Below, piece after piece: positions 1 to 11,400 of a DNA stretch of 64,000 bases. How positions within the stretch are numbered: the stretch's first letter is position 1; the number at the start of each line of letters is the position of its first letter. The stretch is from contig NC_042999.1 in assembly GCF_006345805.1 (NCBI RefSeq), positions 167,462,001 through 167,526,000 on the forward strand, given 5' to 3'. The notes below the pieces were generated by a model. That model did not search any database. It was not told where the DNA came from and saw nothing but the letters and a program-made list of their open reading frames with translations. The stretch comes from Octopus sinensis. Taxonomy: Eukaryota. Both the position numbers and the translations under genes were made by a program.

Positions 1-2235
1 ACGAAGGCAGGGATAAGACGCGACTTCGTTAAAACAGTCCTTTCCGCAGAGCAAATTAAATAAAATTGTGGATTTTTTGCGGAATGTGAAAGTGTCAACA
101 AAAAACTGGACAGTGAGAACAAAATAGTAAAAGCACCTCCCAAAGCCTATCTACAAATTCCGCAAAAGAGGTAAATGCTGGCATGGAGAGAGTGGAACAA
201 ACTGCCGTTTTGCGCATCCAGCGCTTGAGCAAACTCCATCACTCACCCAACGAAAGAAACAACCACACTTGGAAAACTCTATATCCCAGCCTAAACCTGC
301 AGAAAAGAAGACCAGACACAGTCATATGTAGATACAGTACAAACAGCAGCGGTTGAGCAACAACCTTTTTTAAGTGTGGCACAGGAAATAGTTCAATGGG
401 TGTCATAGCTACTGACAAATCTGAACTATGTACCCTCGCACACAAGACCGCCACAATTGATGGATCCTGGTTGGCCATCACTGCCACCAAGCCACCCGTC
501 ACACCAACACCAACGCCATTTCTACTTATAAATATATGCGGCCTACTACAAAACAACAGGAAATGCAAGCATGCGCAATTGATCAATCTTTTTGCATGCA
601 ATCAAGTTATTAGCATTGCACTTACAGAAACACATCTTCCTGCAGACATAAATGATGCTGAGATACTCATACCAGAAGAAGTCACGGTGGAGTTGCAATG
701 TACATCTGCGAGGATAGTACATGTAAAGCAACTTGATATAGGGATCTGCACACTATATCGTCCACCTGAAGCTTCAAATCATTATAGAAAATTTGAGGAA
801 ACGCTCAATGTGATAAAGGAAATACTAACACAATTGGATCAACTTACTACTATATTCCTGATGGGTGACTTCCCTAAAATCAGTTCGTCTGAGGGCAACA
901 TAACCCCAAGAATTACGTACAAAGAGCGAAATCAAGTAGAAATTCTACTTGATTTTACGAAAATGCTATTCATGGATCAGATCATACTCTCTCCAACCAG
1001 ACACAAAAATATTTTGGACCTCTGTTTTGCAAACAATGTGGAAATTATCCACAACGTAAATATATCACCAACAATATTCTTAGACCATAACAATATAGAA
1101 TTGACAATGTATGGCCTGGAATTAACTAAACTCCGCACAGATGGCACTCAAACCCTATCCCACTTAAATTTCTATAAGGCTGACTGGAAGTCACTTGAAA
1201 AACAGATACTCCAGAAGCACTGGCCTAAAAGCCTCTTTAAGCAAGACATGGATATGAAACTCAATAAATTCATAACAATAATGCGAACGATATGCATTGA
1301 ATATGTCCCAGAGAAGAGAGCCAACAGAAAAACATCACTCCCCGAGACAGAACACTCATGCAGCGGAGAATAAAGATCTCGAATCGTTTAAACAAACACC
1401 TCAATGACAGTGTGAAATCCCATCTGACAGAGGAACTCTTCGAGATAGAAAATAAACTCAAAATCTCCCATGAAAAAGAAAGAGAAACCTGGGTAGTCGA
1501 ATATATAAAACGAATCCCAAAGCTTTCTACACGTTGGCAAAGGAGTCTGCCTTAGTACGCTACAAGACAGGGCCACTATTTAGTAAAAACGGCTCACTAA
1601 CTGCAGTCCCGGGGGAGATAAGTGAAGCCATAATTAAACAACTCCCTTCTCCAGTGGAAAATATGCAAATAAAATATCGTGAGGAGTTTTTCAATATAAC
1701 AAATCTATTCAGAAAAGAGGCAACCATCGATTACATCAGCATAACAGAAGAGGATGTATCATCGGCCATTGATGAGATGAGCTCAAACACAGCAACGGGC
1801 CCAATTGGACTCCCGGCTCTTGCAAAGCCACGGCAGATATTCTTTCAGAGTTTCCTTCCCTTTGGTAAACTTCCCAACATGATAAAAGAGGGTATAATAT
1901 GCCCTGTCTATAAGGGAGGGAGTAGAGCAGATGCTAAAATCTGCAGGCCCATCTCTCTGACTTCACATGTTAGCAAGGCAATGAAACGCTTTGTCAGAAA
2001 AAGCTGATCACGTTCCTAGAAAAAAATAACCTTCTCACAAACACGTAACATGGCTTACGTCCAAGGAGGGCTACCTCACAAAGCTGCTGCAGCACTGTGA
2101 CGGGGTACTGAAACAACATCTAAAACAGTCAGCGGTAAACGCGATATACTTCGATTTTGCCAAGGTCTTCGACAAGTTTGAACATGGCAGGATATGTCAC
2201 GAGCGAAACTCTGAACGAACTTAATAAAGTTACAG
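1..2235 (+). mobile_element. Degenerate CR1-group LINE, copy A (ORF1 remnant, APE endonuclease, N-terminal RT); 5' end outside window, 3' part lost at a (TA)n tract
   Basis: ORF 396-1373 has APE motifs (IALTETHL, LYRPP, MGDF, PTRHKNILDL, DHN). ORF 1534-2007 has RT-proximal motifs (ICPVYKGGSR, RPISLTSHVSK). CCCH remnant YKFRKRGKCWHGESGTNCRFAH at 152-217. Multiple frameshifts. Confidence 0.9.
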
Positions 2236-2338
<103 letters not shown>

Positions 2339-2935
2339 GTACCTCTCTTAGGTACATCTCTTTGACAAGTGTCAAAAAGCTCGAAACATCTATGTCTGAT
2401 ACTCCCCAGAGATGACGACACTCAGTGAACTGGGAGTTTTCATACATGTTCGCCATGTTTGAGCAGTTGAAATATGTGACAAGCATATTTCAACTAACAT
2501 AACTTCTGCTCATACATACACCCTACTTTGCGCCTATGCCCTGTTAATTAATTTGATCTGGCGATCTACTACCGCAAATCTGTCAAAGAGTTGACTAAAT
2601 CTTTATATATAAAAGTGAAGTTGTGTGTCTGTCTCCTACGATTTAGATTCCTAACTACTCCCACATTTTGCGGTGCAGTTTAACCAAAACCGGGTATCTT
2701 ATAGTCGTGATTCATATGGAACCCTTCTGGGTATTAGCGCGCGTCTACGATGAGTGTACGATTAAAAAAAAAATTGCCATCATTTTTTTCCATTTTAATG
2801 CATTTTTTCGCTATTATATAAGGGAAGTAACTCTCTAAAAATGTCTACGATGAGTCAACAATTTAAAAAAAAATTACCATCATTTTTTTCCCATTTTTAA
2901 TGCATTTTTTTGCTATAACTCTCTAAAAATGCTTA

Positions 2936-5900
2936 AAACGGAGGTACGCAGATGTGGTGCGTGCCACAAACCGCCAACATGACGTTGTTGAAAGGGCAGC
3001 TGCTGGGCAAGAATCTTTTTTGTGCATGGCACAAAAGATTGTACAGCACCTGACCTGGCTTCATCAAACCCAAGCTCACAGGTGGGACTACCCACAATAT
3101 ACAAGACCACCACAGCAAACAGACCCAAGATGGACACCGCCGGCAACAACATACACCTCACCTCGATGCTCCTACTGAACATCAGAGGACTGCAAACACT
3201 CAGTAACAGGACAAAAATCCCGTTCCTGAGAGACTTTGTCGCATGCAATCAAGCCTTATGCATAGCACTTACGGAAACGCACCTGAAACCGGACATAGCA
3301 GATGCGGAATTACACATACCACAGTATGTTGTACTACGGACCGACAGAAAAGAAAGGAGTCATGGAGGAGTTGCTATGTACATCCGTGAGGACCTCACAC
3401 CCCAGGTCCTTTTGTCATACTCAAACTCGGTGTATGACACACTAATTGTACACATAAGGCAACTCGATGTAGTTGTGTGTGCTACATATCGCCCTCCAGA
3501 TGCCCCAAGCCATGTAGGCAAGTTTGAAGACTGCCTTATAAAAATAGAAGAAGTTCTAATCACATTAGAACAACACATAAGTGTACTTCTCATGGGAGAC
3601 TTCAATCTACCCAATGTCAGATGGCCTGAGGGCCTTTCTCTTCCAGGAATGACAAGATGTGAACGAGGACAGGCGAGGTCCCTCCTGAACCTCATCAACA
3701 CCCTGTACATGGAGCAAGTAATACTCCAACCAACCAGGGCAGGTAACACACTGGATCTCTGCTTCACAAATGACATGGATCTCATCCATAATGTGAAAGT
3801 GACACCGACACTACTCTCGGATCACAACATGGTAGAGCTGACCATGTACGGGCCAAAAGAGAGCACGGACATGCAGCCTACAAGAAACCCTCAGAATATT
3901 TCCAGCTTGAACTACCATAAGGCAAACTGGAAACAAATTAAGAAAGAGATCCTCAAACAAAACTGGCCTAAATGTCTCTCCTCGACAGACGTCGATGTGA
4001 AGCTTCAACAATTCATGTCTGTAATGCAAGCCATATGCTACAAATGTGTCCCAGAGAGAAAGGCCACTGTACACAAGAACAAAATCCCCAGAGAGAGGAA
4101 AATTTTAATGAGACGGCGTACAAAAATTTCAAATCGCCTAAACAAACAGATTGAAAGCAGTGAAAAGTCCCGCCTAAAAATAAAACTGTTGGAAATTGAA
4201 AAATGTCTGCAACTCTCCCATGAAAAGGAAAGAGCAGACAAAGAAGCCTGGGCTATAGACAACATAAAATCTAACCCCAGAGCTTTCTACAGGTATGCCA
4301 AAGAAACAGCTACGGTGCACTGTAGAATAGGGCCACTCCTTGAAAAGGATGGCACACTTACAGGAAAACCAATGAGGGTAAGTGAAATACTGAATGAGCA
4401 ATTCAAGAGTGTTTTCACTCCACCCCTTGGGCATCTCCAAATCACCAATCCAACTGACTTCTTTACCACTGCAGATATAAAATCAGAGGCGGCGACGATA
4501 GATTACATCGATATAAAGGAAGACGATGTAATAAAGGCTATAGATGAAACGAAAACAGACTCAGCTACTGGCCCCGATGGATTCCCGGCAATCCTCCTAA
4601 AAGCATGTAAGAGAGTCCTAGCAAGACCACTGCAGTTCCTCTTTCAGAGCTTCCTTGCAGCTGGCAAACTTCCAAGAAAACTGAAGGAAGGTAAAATATG
4701 CCCCATTCATAAAGGAGGTAGCAGAGCGGAGGCCAAGAAGTACAGACCGATCTCATTGACCTCACACATCAGCAAGGTCATGGAACGAATAGTCAGAAGG
4801 AAACTGATCACCTTCCTTGAAGAAAATGACTTGCTGCCCGACACCCAACATGGTTTCCGACCAGGGAGAAGCTGTTTAACTCAGCTCCTACAACACTATG
4901 ACTGGGTGCTGAAACGGCTGCTCAACCACTCAAATGTGGAAGTGATATATCTCGACTTTGCGAAGGCCTTTGATAAAGTCGATCATGGAATGATATGTCA
5001 CAAACTGCGTGATCTCAACATAGTTGGAAAACTTGGAGAATGGCTTCATGACTTTCTGAAAGATAGAAGTCAGGTGGTAGTAGCCAATGGGGCCACTTCC
5101 ATTAACACGCAAATAGTGAGCGGTGTCCCGCAGGGCTCTGTTCTGGGACCACTACTGTTCATAATGGCCCTCTCAGACATGCCCTCAGCTACGCAGAGAG
5201 CCACGATCACAAGTTATGCAGATAATACAAAAGTTTCACAGGCAATACAGAACCCTGAGGACACTAAACGCCTGCAATGTGGGCTGGACAAAATATACAA
5301 GTGGGCTGAAAAGAATAGCATGCAGTTCAATGCTGAAAAGTTTCAAGCTTTATACTATCAGCATGCAAAACTAAATGCAATACCCAATGAATACACTGGA
5401 CCCGGAGGAATAGCAATCCCAGAGGCACAATCAGTGCGTGACCTGGGTATTTACATGAGTGATGACGCAACCTTTCGTGTTCATGTTGCTAAATTGGCAA
5501 TGAAATGTAGACGACTGGCCGGATGGATTCTCAGAACCTTTAGAACAAGAGAACAAGAAACCATGATGGTCCTCTGGAGGACACTTGTCCTAGGCCACTT
5601 TGACTGTTGCTCTCAGTTATGGTCACCATCCAGTGTCAAGTTGATCACAGAGCTCGAGGCGATCCAGCGTAGCTACACGAAGAAGATAGCCTCTATGCAG
5701 AATGTAAGCTACTGGGAAAGACTCAAGAGATTAAAATTATATTCCTTGGAGCGTAGGCGGGAAAGATATGCCATAATATACATCTGGAAGATCCTGGAGG
5801 GACGTGTCCCAAACTTTGGCATCGAGAGTTACACAAATGCCAGAACTGGGCGCCACTGCGTGGTGCCTAGGACTCCAAATTTGCCATCAAGATGTAGGAC

Positions 5901-6188
5901 AAGATACTGTGATAGCCTGGGCTTCCGAGGCCCACAGCTCTTCAATATCCTCCCGAAGAACCTGAGAGACCTGCATGGGGTGGATGCAGATGTCTTTAAA
6001 ATGAAACTGGATCTCTTCCTGTCAGGTGTCCCAGATGAACCAACTTCACGGCAGGAGGTGCTCATGCACCAAATGGCAGTTGCTAGAAAGCGTTCGTGAA
6101 GTAAAACCAAGTAGCAACACCAAATGGCGGTGCCCCAGCATGGCCACAGCTCATGAGCTGAAACTAGAATCAATCTATCAATCAATCA
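2936..6188 (+). mobile_element. 5'-truncated CR1-group LINE, copy B: ORF1 C-terminus, open ORF2, 3' stem-loop, (ATCA)n tail
   Basis: ORF2 is open. 3' end reads ggcggtgccccagcatggccac-agctc-at-gagct-gaaac, then aatcaatctatcaatcaatca. Confidence 0.95.
3130..6099 (+). CDS. LINE ORF2: APE endonuclease plus reverse transcriptase (CR1 group); catalytic motif reads YADN
   Basis: LNIRGL, ALTETHL, GGVAMY, GDFNLP, SDHN; YRPISLTS, YLDFAKAFDKVDH, SGVPQGSVLGPLLF, YADNTK, LERRRERY. ATG at 3130 corresponds to the ATG in copies C and D; the frame is open upstream to 2992. Confidence 0.93.
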   Translation: MDTAGNNIHLTSMLLLNIRGLQTLSNRTKIPFLRDFVACNQALCIALTETHLKPDIADAELHIPQYVVLRTDRKERSHGGVAMYIREDLTPQVLLSYSNSVYDTLIVHIRQLDVVVCATYRPPDAPSHVGKFEDCLIKIEEVLITLEQHISVLLMGDFNLPNVRWPEGLSLPGMTRCERGQARSLLNLINTLYMEQVILQPTRAGNTLDLCFTNDMDLIHNVKVTPTLLSDHNMVELTMYGPKESTDMQPTRNPQNISSLNYHKANWKQIKKEILKQNWPKCLSSTDVDVKLQQFMSVMQAICYKCVPERKATVHKNKIPRERKILMRRRTKISNRLNKQIESSEKSRLKIKLLEIEKCLQLSHEKERADKEAWAIDNIKSNPRAFYRYAKETATVHCRIGPLLEKDGTLTGKPMRVSEILNEQFKSVFTPPLGHLQITNPTDFFTTADIKSEAATIDYIDIKEDDVIKAIDETKTDSATGPDGFPAILLKACKRVLARPLQFLFQSFLAAGKLPRKLKEGKICPIHKGGSRAEAKKYRPISLTSHISKVMERIVRRKLITFLEENDLLPDTQHGFRPGRSCLTQLLQHYDWVLKRLLNHSNVEVIYLDFAKAFDKVDHGMICHKLRDLNIVGKLGEWLHDFLKDRSQVVVANGATSINTQIVSGVPQGSVLGPLLFIMALSDMPSATQRATITSYADNTKVSQAIQNPEDTKRLQCGLDKIYKWAEKNSMQFNAEKFQALYYQHAKLNAIPNEYTGPGGIAIPEAQSVRDLGIYMSDDATFRVHVAKLAMKCRRLAGWILRTFRTREQETMMVLWRTLVLGHFDCCSQLWSPSSVKLITELEAIQRSYTKKIASMQNVSYWERLKRLKLYSLERRRERYAIIYIWKILEGRVPNFGIESYTNARTGRHCVVPRTPNLPSRCRTRYCDSLGFRGPQLFNILPKNLRDLHGVDADVFKMKLDLFLSGVPDEPTSRQEVLMHQMAVARKRS

Positions 6189-6489
6189 TATAGTTATTTC
6201 CCTTACAAACCCGAGCAACGCCGGGCAATACTGCTAGTTGTATATAAAGCTACGGCTATATTCAGTTTGTTCAGAGGTGCCTCACTTTGGTACATCTCAT
6301 AGTCAAGAGTCAAAACACCCGAAACATTGATGTCTGAGATTCTAGAGAGAAGGCAACACTGAACAAACTTGGTATCTTGAAACCTTTTTGCCTTAAGACA
6401 GATTTTTTCTTCACGGTAATTGCAGTGTATTTGCCTTTAACAGTTGAAATATGTGACAAACATATTACAAATAACTTAAATTCTGGTCA

Positions 6490-6596
6490 TACATATATAT
6501 ATATATATATATTTGTATGCATATTTATGTACATATGTACATATAGATATATACATATACATAAACATAGACATACACATATATATACATATATAC

Positions 6597-6653
<57 letters not shown>

Positions 6654-6666
6654 CACACATACACAC

Positions 6667-6698
<32 letters not shown>

Positions 6699-6872
6699 AT
6701 ATATATGTGAATACATATGTATATATACATATATCCATACATATGTACATATATACATTCATATACATATATATACATATACATACATATACATATACAT
6801 ATATACATACATATATACTTACATATATATATATATATATATATATGTATATGTGCATATATACATATATAT
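6490..6872. repeat. Compound (TA)/(TACA)n microsatellite
   Basis: Direct reading. Confidence 0.95.
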
Positions 6873-7468
6873 GATGGCTGCCCTCTCGGGTGCTGTGAAC
6901 GAATGTGACTTTTATTTGCTTTTTAAGGCTACAGCCAGCCATTCAGTTGAGACTCACAACACCATCAGCAATCATGAACAACGTTGTTATCGTGCAATGC
7001 CTGTGCAAGAAGATTTTTGTTAAAGTGAGGAAAGGCTGTGCACTGAGTCAATCCCACTCACTAAGCAACAGCAGCCATAATCCGAAAAGAACAAGTCAAC
7101 ATCATCGGTAACCACTGAGCCGCAGGTTTTATGTCGGAGTTATCCCAGTTACCTGAGTTGCCTTCTCCTAAAAGGAGTCCTTCACTCCCAATGGTTTAAC
7201 TGCGTGATCGGGTATTCAGTCCGATTATTTCTATGTCCCCGCGCATGATGCAGCCTTAAGACATTTATTGGCTGGCCGTTGACTCTCAAGAGTTCCTCCG
7301 CCCTTTGTCGGGTTTTGCTTTTCATCCCGCAGGGTGTCCAATAAACACCCTCCTCACCAAGCAAGCTTGGTGGGGTTGCCGGCTTAGTCGCCGACGACCC
7401 GACGACCCGACCATGCAACAGGTTGTACTGGGTTTCATGTTACCAGCAGCATTCGAAAGTGACCTGAC
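6873..7468 (-). mobile_element. Probable 5' region of another non-LTR element (GC-rich structured leader, decayed C2H2-like peptide)
   Basis: GC-rich hairpin segment 7270-7430 and a minus-strand peptide ...[13 protein letters not shown]. Assignment is by resemblance only. Confidence 0.35.
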
Positions 7469-7503
7469 ATATACATACATAACATAAATATATACATACA
7501 TAC

Positions 7504-7536
<33 letters not shown>

Positions 7537-7748
7537 GATATATATATATATATAATATATATATATATAGGAATAAAAAATTTCTATTATTCAAATATTC
7601 AACGTAAACACGAAGTTTCAACCTTTATAAACAAGGAGTTACAACATCTTTACTTGTGAGATTTTTGCTGCCCTGGTAACTATTCATTCATTATCCGTGT
7701 TAATTGTTAACAAGGTAAAATACACTCATCTATTTATATATATATATA

Positions 7749-7837
<89 letters not shown>

Positions 7838-7842
<5 letters not shown>

Positions 7843-8072
7843 TAGTAAAAAGTGAAAAAACTACAGAAGGCTTGTTTTAAAAGGTTAAAAAATATATAAC
7901 ATAACGATTTAAGAAATTTGAAAAGCTGAACGCGAAACCGGTCATTTCTTCTAAACTACGTCATTGCATGAAAAAAATTTATAACATTCTTCAGACATAT
8001 TGACTCAAATATATATTTTTTAACCTTTTAAAACAAGCCTTCTGTAGCTTTTTCACTTTTTACTATTTTCTA
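7838..8072 (+). mobile_element. PLE-derived fold-back mini-element with a decayed hammerhead between the arms
   Basis: ~60-bp inverted arms (7838-7900, 8010-8072). At 7913-7948: gaaat-TTGAAAA-gc-tgaac-gc-GAAA-ccgg-TC-atttc. Confidence 0.6.
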
Positions 8073-8249
8073 TATATTCAACCACGTGCTTTCACATACC
8101 AACTTTCTTACCTATATATATATATATGTGTGTGTGTATGTGTGTGTATGTATGTATGTATATATTTACATATACATATATATATGCCTATATATATATA
8201 CTTATATATATATACATATATATATGCATATATATATATACATATGCAT

Positions 8250-8296
<47 letters not shown>

Positions 8297-8479
8297 CACA
8301 TATATATACATATATATAGGGATATATACATATATATATGTATATATATATGTATATATGTATGTATTTATTATTATATGTGTGTGTGTGTGTGTGTGTG
8401 TTAGGTAAACATCTCAAATCATATACAATATTAAGAAATACAAAATCTCCCAGCTGTTTCTGGGATTGACTGAGCTATA

Positions 8480-11400
8480 CTATTATTTGGAACCTCCTCT
8501 AATATGTGGCATTTCGTCCATGAAGGAGATTGATGCTGCTACCTCATCTGTGATTCCTCCCGTGAGGTAGGCTCGTCTGGAACCCGTAACAGGAAGAGAT
8601 CCAGTTTGGTTTTAACGACACTTACATCCACACCGTGCAGGTCTCTCAGACATTTTGGAAGGATATTAAAGATCTGTGGGGCCCTTGAAGCCCACTCTGT
8701 TGTAGTATCTGGTCCTGTATTTTGATGGCAATGCTGGGATCTTTGGCACTATGCAGTGGCGCACCGTTCTGCAGTTTGAGTAACTTTCAATGCTAAAGTT
8801 GAGTACAAGGCCTTTTAGGATTTTCCAGATGTATATCACTGCATATCTCTCCCGCTTTCGTTCCAGGGAGAAGAGTTTTAATACTTTCTGTCTTTCCCAG
8901 TAGCTGAAACGTTGCATCTAGTCTATTTTCTTAGTGTAGCTTCGGTGGATTGATTCGTGTTCCGCCGTGGATTTTTATTGTGTGGTGACCATAGTTGGGA
9001 GCAGGAGTCTAAGCGGTTGTTCTGAAAGTTCGGGGGATCCAAACAGTCGCCTGCATTTTATTACCAAATTGGTAATATGCACTTGGAAAAATGCATCATT
9101 GCCCATGTCAATGCCCAGATCACGTACTGATTTTGATTCAGGAATTTCACTTCCTCCTGGGCCAGTGTATCCTGTCTGCATGTCGTTTAGCTTTGTGTGC
9201 TGGTAGCATAGTGTCTGGGATTTTTCTGTATTAAACTTCATGTTGTCCTCAGCCCACCTGTATATTGCGTCCAACTCTCGTTGCAGTTGTGCAATATTTC
9301 CAAGATTTTGTATTGAGAGACTTTTGTGTCATCTGCATAGCTAGCAAGGGTGGCTATCTGAGCGGCTGAGGGCATGTCTGAGAGGGCCACTATGAATAAG
9401 CAGTGGCTGCGAGACAGCGCCCTGTGGAACACAACTTGCTATTTGTGTTTCCTTGGAGGTGGCTCCGTTGGCCACTACTGCCTGGCGTCTATCCTTTAGA
9501 AAGTTTTGCAACCACTCTCCATGTTTTCCGCTTATGCCGAGAGCGCACAGTTTGTAGCACATCATACCATGGTCAACTTTATCAAAGGCTTTTGCAAAAT
9601 CAGCAGCTGTTTTAACACCCAGTCGTAGTGTTGCAAGGGCTGTGTCAAACAACTTCTACCTGGTTGAAATCTATGCTGGGTGTCAGTCAGCAAGTCGTTT
9701 TCTTCAAGGAACATGATTACTTTCTTGCGTTCCATGACTTTACTGATGTGTGAGGTCAGAGAGATAGGCCTATAATTTTTAGCATCTGCTCTGCTTCCTC
9801 CCTCCTGGATAGGGCATATTATCCCTTTCTTCAGCTTGTCTGGGAGCTTACCACTTGCAAGGAAGCTCTGGAAGAGAAGCTGCAGTGGTTTTGTAAGGGC
9901 TCGCTTGCACGATTTGAGTAGAACCGCTGGAAATCCATCCGGACCAGCCCCTGAGTTTGTGTCGATCTCATTTATGGCGATTATTACATCTTCAATGTTT
10001 ATGTACTCAATTTTTAACCTTTTTGGTTTTAGGTAATGTGGCAAAGAATTCGGTTGGTTTGTTCACTTGCCTGTGCTCCAGCGGTGTAGTGAACACACTT
10101 TGGAACTGTAAGTCACTTACCCTCCTCTGAGAGAGCCTTCATTTTGGAAGAGGTGTCCTATCTTATAGCGTATTGAAGCTGTTTCTCTGGCAAACTTAAA
10201 GAAAGCTTTAGGGTTTGACTTGATATTTTCTTTTACCCAAGCTTTATTTGCGCTCTCGGTTTCATGAGACTGATGCAGACGTTTCTCAATCTTCTATCGC
10301 ACTCTCTCCAGACGAGACCTCGACACTTTTGGTATGCTTGCTCAGGCGGTTCGCAATCTTTCTCCGTCGTCTCATAAGAATCTTCCTTTCTCTAGGGATC
10401 CTGTTTTTGTGTGTGCTGGCCCTGCACACTGGGACATATTTGTCACATATGGCTTGTATTATGGACATGAAATGTTTGTGCTTTATGTCAATGGCTGGTG
10501 TGGCGAGGCATTTAGGCCAATGCCGTTTGAGGATCTCATTCTCAATCAGCTTCCGATTTGCTTTATGAAAGTTTAGTTTGGAGAGATTTTGGGGTGCTTC
10601 GTATAGGCAGGAGCTTTTGGTCCATACATAGACAGCTCTATTATATTGTGATCCTAGAACAGCGTCGGTGTCACTTTGACATTATGGATAATGTCCATAT
10701 TGTTTGTGAAGCAGAGATCCAGTATATTATTTGCCCTGCTTGGTTGAAGCACGATTTGCTCCATAAAAGAGGCATTGCAGCAGCTTGTTGTTGGTGTGTC
10801 ATTCTTGGAAGAATCTGGTCCCCAGGCCATCCAATTGTCGGGAAGTTAAAGTCACCCAAAAGGAATACAAATTTGCCTGGATGACTCAGAGCATCTGGTA
10901 GGTGATATGTAGTACATATAACAGTATTAAGTTGTCTAATGTGTACAATTTGAGTGTCACACACTGAATTAGAATATGACAGCATGATCTGGGGTGTGAG
11001 ATCCTCTCGGATGTATGCAGCAACTCCACCATGGCTCCTCTTCTTTCTATCTGAGTGTATGGCAACATATTGTGATATAATATTTCTGCATCCCCTATAT
11101 CAGGTCTAAGATGCGTTTCTACAAGTGCTATGCATAAATCTTGATTGCATGCCACAAGGTCTCTCAAGAATGAGATTTTTGTTTTACAGTTGCCATGCAA
11201 AGGCCTCCTATGTTCAAAAGAAATATCTTTGTGATGTGCGTGTGTTGGTGTTAGTAGTTGCCATCCTGTATCTGTTGTTGGTGGTGGGTGTAGTTCCAGC
11301 CTTGGTTTGAAGCCAGGTCAGTTGGACAATTTTTTGTACCATGCACAAAAAAAAATTGCTGTTCAGCTGCTGCCCTTTTCAGGGTGAAGCGGCCGTTTGC

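Larger units (their letters stand above)
2600..6237 (+). mobile_element. Non-autonomous Helitron (family H1), split by LINE copy B into 2600-2935 and 6189-6237
   Basis: A|TC 5' end; 3' hairpin cccgagcaacgccggg then CTAG|T. The uninterrupted copy at 38840-39234 reads ...aaaatgctta-tataattatttccc... across the LINE insertion point. Confidence 0.85.

Noticed and set aside
6377-8417. Numerous YI/CV/HT-rich ORFs here and across the window
   Set aside because: Translations of (TA)n, (TG)n and (TACA)n microsatellites.
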